IMG/VR virus record: IMGVR_UViG_3300033463_000013
Coordinates: 117,408-181,407 of that record
DNA: 64,000 nucleotides
Reading direction: 5' to 3' (one strand)
Origin: a virus
Lineage: Duplodnaviria; Caudoviricetes
In this document: positions 60,341 through 64,000 of the stretch, one piece after another
Numbering within the stretch: the stretch's first letter is position 1
Layout of the letters: each line of letters begins with the position of its first letter
Notes under the pieces: generated by a model
Seen by the model: the letters and a program-made list of their open reading frames with translations, nothing else
What the model was told of the DNA's origin: nothing
Databases searched by the model: none
Program-made: the position numbers and the translations under genes

Positions 60341-62992
60341 TTAATCAAAGCAATCTCCTACATGATTAATCATTACTTCTAAACCAAGGGCAGTTTCATA
60401 TTCATCAAATTCTACGATCGCGACTGGTTTGCCAGGGAGTTTTTGCTGCGAGCCTTCGGGCGCAGGTGGACGCTCCCAAATTTTATTAATAATGGTTGTT
60501 ACTATATCAATCTCATATGTACTTTCTACTAAGTAACCAGGCACTTCAACTTCACGCCATTCATAGATAATTTCAATACCTTCAGAATCATATTTTGGCA
60601 CTTCAAAAATTACTATCCATCCATTATCTTCTGATAATGTAGCAGTTTTAATATATTGTCCATTACCAAATAATCTAATGTATGCCACTTTTGGTCTGAC
60701 TACTTGATACCCATCATCATTCCAACGCTTACGAATACCAACAGTTGTTAGTTCAATATCTGGTTCATCCCATGGTATTGGCGTCGGTGTAATCTCTGGT
60801 AATGGTTCTGGAGTTAATGTTGGAAGCGGAGTATCTTGTGGTGTAGGTGTTGGAGTAGGCGTTGGCGTTGGAGTTTCAGTTATCTCTGGTGTTTCCGTCG
60901 GAGTAACTGTCGGAGTTTCTGTTGGAGAGGGAGTTGATGTTGGTGTAACTGTAGGGGTAGGAGATGCTGTTTCTACTGGTGGAATTACTTTATTTGTAAA
61001 TTCAAATGTCTTGGTATCTACAATATAAAGCGTAATTTTCTGTTCAGAAATTAATTCAAAACCTTCTGATATATCAACTTCTTCAACAGTATATTTTCCA
61101 GGCCTTAACTCATCAATTTCCCATATACCAATACCAGTGGTATGATCTACAATTACTTCAATATATTCATCTTCATTAAATCCTATTCCATGAATTTTAA
61201 AGAAGAATATTGCATCGTCATCCATTAGCTCATAATTTGATACAACTTTCTTAATAGTAAGCGTACAAGAAGGAGTTACAGATGGATTTGGACTCGGACT
61301 CTCACTCGTTTCCGGCGTTGGTGATGGAGTTGGAGTTGGCGTAGGCGTTGGAGTAGGAGTTGGAGTAGGAGTTTCTGTTACTTCCGGTGGAATAGATTCA
61401 GATGTTGTAGGTGTTGGAGTGGGTGTGGGCGTAGGTGTGGGTGTTGCAGTTACAATAGGTGGTGGCGGTGTAGGAGTTGGCTTATTAGGTGGATCAATTT
61501 CATTGATAACAATATAATTACCTTCACCGTCATCTGTAATTTCAACCATTCTATAGTTAGAGCTTGCAATCTCTTCAATTTCAAGCAATCCTTCTTCAAC
61601 CTCAGTTAACGTAATAGTTTCACCAACACCAAGAGTATATGGTTCACCATTAATAATAAATGCAAATCTTGGCGTAGTTTTCTTTAATACACCAGTATGG
61701 TGCCATACTTGTTTACCATTCTGACTAATCCAGAATAGACGTTCACCTTCAACAAGATTAATATCACTAAATGGCATTACATTAGATGGAATAAAGACTT
61801 CGTTAATTAAACGTTGAGTCATAGCATCATTTGGGTCTGTCGGGTCATATATAAATTGACCCTCTGGAATATTAGCTAAGTCTGCTGGTGCACGATACAT
61901 AATACTTGGTAATGTGCCTCCGGTTGAACCGCTCTTTAACTGATATAAACTAATTGCTACCCCATCTTCACTTACAAATAGTACCCAGTTTTCACGATTA
62001 CCGCAATGATTAGAACGGTGTCCTTCTTTGCTTGTATTATGTGCTGGATTGTTAATATCAGCCATCCAGTAACCGCCACCAGCCTTAAAGGTAGTATTGT
62101 CCATTGTATCACAACGAACAGACCAAATTTCACCTTTTAGTTGCTTTGTAATAGTAATTGGTGGAGAGGTAGGCGTTGGTGTAGGAGTAATACTTGGCGG
62201 ACTTGGTGGATTCCAATAATTAATATGAGATTCTCCACTTGTGATAATATTTTTTGCTACAATAGAACCACAATGATTACAATTTACAATTGTAACTGTA
62301 GCATATGGTGCGATTAAATGTCCTGCAAGGCCTCCCATAGAAACAGTTGTTGCATCCGTATAATAAATTTTTGCAATGGAAGATTGAGATTCATCGCTGC
62401 CTGGGCATTGATAATCCCAATACATAATTTCTACATGACCATTTTCATTTGGTTCTAAATAAATCCAATTTTCATTTGTGCCCACATTAGCAATAATATT
62501 TTGCCAATATGCACGTGTGTTACTAATAGCAGATCCAGTTAATCCAAGATAAGCTGTTTCGCTTTGTTCACTTGTACGACTTTTAAATTGTATGTGCGAT
62601 TCATTTGCCGCGATATAACTAGTAGAAGAGGAGTTGCCGCTGAGAGAGCCATCGTCGACAAACTTCCATTCTCCTCCGTATAATGTACCACCAACCCAAA
62701 TAGAACCACGTACATGACCATTAAGAGTTGCATTATTTAATGCAACTATACTATATTGGGATAGATTAGATAGATTAATAGAATAATCTACCTGCTCAAT
62801 ACCTTCTTGTGTGGGAGGATCTGGGTCAGACGGTGGATCTAAATTTTGTTGGGGTAAATTCGTATCAGAAGCAGGAGGGTCTTCTATATCACTTACATTT
62901 AAAGGGTTAGATGTTATATCTGTTGCGGCGGTCATATCTACAAAACTACATACTAATATAATAATTAGTAATACCGCAATAAATTTTTTCAT
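60341..62992 (-). CDS. Secreted multi-domain surface protein (choice-of-anchor-A-like region, Pro/Thr linkers, SpaA/Cna-B-like Ig repeats)
   Basis: Signal peptide, GHLIAPYA..V...GSIVAK, (PT)n tracts, PGKYTVEE, KRWND....RP...LSEDNGW...PKYD. Confidence 0.8.
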   Translation of the reverse strand: MKKFIAVLLIIILVCSFVDMTAATDITSNPLNVSDIEDPPASDTNLPQQNLDPPSDPDPPTQEGIEQVDYSINLSNLSQYSIVALNNATLNGHVRGSIWVGGTLYGGEWKFVDDGSLSGNSSSTSYIAANESHIQFKSRTSEQSETAYLGLTGSAISNTRAYWQNIIANVGTNENWIYLEPNENGHVEIMYWDYQCPGSDESQSSIAKIYYTDATTVSMGGLAGHLIAPYATVTIVNCNHCGSIVAKNIITSGESHINYWNPPSPPSITPTPTPTSPPITITKQLKGEIWSVRCDTMDNTTFKAGGGYWMADINNPAHNTSKEGHRSNHCGNRENWVLFVSEDGVAISLYQLKSGSTGGTLPSIMYRAPADLANIPEGQFIYDPTDPNDAMTQRLINEVFIPSNVMPFSDINLVEGERLFWISQNGKQVWHHTGVLKKTTPRFAFIINGEPYTLGVGETITLTEVEEGLLEIEEIASSNYRMVEITDDGEGNYIVINEIDPPNKPTPTPPPPIVTATPTPTPTPTPTPTTSESIPPEVTETPTPTPTPTPTPTPTPSPTPETSESPSPNPSVTPSCTLTIKKVVSNYELMDDDAIFFFKIHGIGFNEDEYIEVIVDHTTGIGIWEIDELRPGKYTVEEVDISEGFELISEQKITLYIVDTKTFEFTNKVIPPVETASPTPTVTPTSTPSPTETPTVTPTETPEITETPTPTPTPTPTPQDTPLPTLTPEPLPEITPTPIPWDEPDIELTTVGIRKRWNDDGYQVVRPKVAYIRLFGNGQYIKTATLSEDNGWIVIFEVPKYDSEGIEIIYEWREVEVPGYLVESTYEIDIVTTIINKIWERPPAPEGSQQKLPGKPVAIVEFDEYETALGLEVMINHVGDCFD

Positions 62993-62996
62993 TTGA

Positions 62997-63719
62997 TCAC
63001 TCCCCTTCTAATAAAACAACAACTCGATAAGAATAATGGTAATTTTCTTTGGTTATAATAAATGTGTAAGTGCGCTCATCTTCACCTTCTATATTATGCC
63101 ATTCTATACCATCATCGCTATATTGCCAATTCATGGTATAACGATCTTCAGGTTTAAAGTTTACTAGTGTTGCAACTAACACAGCAGTATCTCCATAATA
63201 ATGTGGCTCCTGTAAGAAAGAAATATAGACTTCACGCGGCATCTCAATAGTAATTTCACCCCAATCATCTTCTTCAAATTCAACTAAATTTGAAGAGATT
63301 TCTTCTTCTTGTTCTTCAACTTCTTCAACTGGAGATATTACTTCTTGTACTAGTTCTTCTACTTGAGGCTCCTCAACTGGAGATTCTTCTATTTCGGGTT
63401 CCGGTTGAGATTCTGAATTAACTTCAGTTTCTATTACCGGTTCTAATTCTACAGTAGGTTCTGTCGCAGTATTCAATTCAACTGAAGGTTCTTCTTCAAT
63501 TGATGCTTCAGTTTCTTCTTCCTCTATAGGAGGAGATTCCTTTAGGGGTATTTCTGGTTCTTCTATTACAGGTTCTTCAACAGATGACTCTTCTAATGTT
63601 TCTGTAACTTCTGTAATTGGTACTGTGCTTTCTTCCGGGGATACCTGTGATTCACACGTTGCATATCCCATAATTAGCATTAATGCACAAATAAATGCTA
63701 ATACTCTTTTCATAGGCAT
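62997..63719 (-). CDS. Secreted acidic protein with C-terminal Ig-like domain
   Basis: Signal peptide, Glu/Pro-rich linker, WQYSDDG..W..IEG...TYTF...YRV. Confidence 0.75.
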   Translation of the reverse strand: MPMKRVLAFICALMLIMGYATCESQVSPEESTVPITEVTETLEESSVEEPVIEEPEIPLKESPPIEEEETEASIEEEPSVELNTATEPTVELEPVIETEVNSESQPEPEIEESPVEEPQVEELVQEVISPVEEVEEQEEEISSNLVEFEEDDWGEITIEMPREVYISFLQEPHYYGDTAVLVATLVNFKPEDRYTMNWQYSDDGIEWHNIEGEDERTYTFIITKENYHYSYRVVVLLEGE

Positions 63720-63790
63720 CACTCCTTCTTTACACAAAAAATAGGGGCGCCTTATTCGCGTCCCTGTGTGTCATTATCGCCTAATAAGGC

Positions 63791-63842
63791 TGGTGCCCGA
63801 GGCCGGACTTGAACCGGCACGGTATTGCTACCAGCGGATTTT
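63791..63842 (-). tRNA. 3' exon of tRNA-Leu(NAA), interrupted in the anticodon
   Basis: AAAA-TCCGC, long variable arm, GCCGG-TTCAAGT-CCGGC, CTCGGGC-A-CCA; 5' half absent from window. Confidence 0.8.
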
Positions 63843-64000
63843 CATACTACACTATGTTACCATAGCCGCATTAGCGTTGTAGTCTGGACTATGTTTTTAT
63901 CATATAAAATATAGCTTAGTAGATTTTCAATATATCAAACGATCCATTTAACGCTGACTTCTGCCGAAGTAATCTACACTCCATTACTGGTAATCTATTG
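63843..64000 (-). mobile_element. Group I intron (3' part) in tRNA-Leu anticodon
   Basis: Terminal G at 63843 abutting the exon, CATAGTCC (S element/P7') at 63886-63893, P9-like hairpin. Confidence 0.7.

Noticed and set aside
60830-61480. Tandem DNA repeats
   Set aside because: They simply encode Pro-Thr linkers of the surface protein with varied codons.
152-62996. Plus-strand ORFs in the track (e.g. 38896..39678, 47875..48276, 19551..19880)
   Set aside because: All are antisense to well-supported minus-strand genes or RNAs and show no recognisable motifs.

Overview
A 64 kb AT-rich segment of a large (probably jumbo) bacteriophage genome, likely infecting an anaerobic Firmicute. Essentially everything is encoded on the minus strand. 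Left to right: anaerobic ribonucleotide reductase (nrdG/nrdD); a full replication module (DnaE, RecJ-like, primase, DnaB-like helicase, Sak4-like, SSB, type II topoisomerase A/B); a mini R-M-like locus; a 22-bp-periodic iteron-like array beside a winged-helix gene; nucleotide salvage genes, Dam, PhoH, ClpP-like, DNA ligase and RNase H; an RNA repair/TROVE (Ro60-like) cluster; a roughly 15 kb RNA island (23 complete tRNAs, a group-I-intron tRNA-Leu, tmRNA, a ~600-nt GOLLD-like RNA and many unclassified structured RNAs); and two secreted surface-type proteins. Two signals stand out. (1) TAG behaves as a sense codon (Gln, code 15) in a subset of genes, which reveals ORFs the supplied track fragments, including a 965-aa protein with 23 in-frame TAGs. 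(2) Three related small RNAs share a covarying terminal stem, a CAGCAA motif and a tRNA- or anticodon-arm mimic. They lie near a TROVE/vWA Ro60-like gene and RNA end-healing and ligation enzymes, suggesting an undescribed Y-RNA-like tRNA-decoy/repair system. All family assignments come from motif recognition by eye, without database searches.
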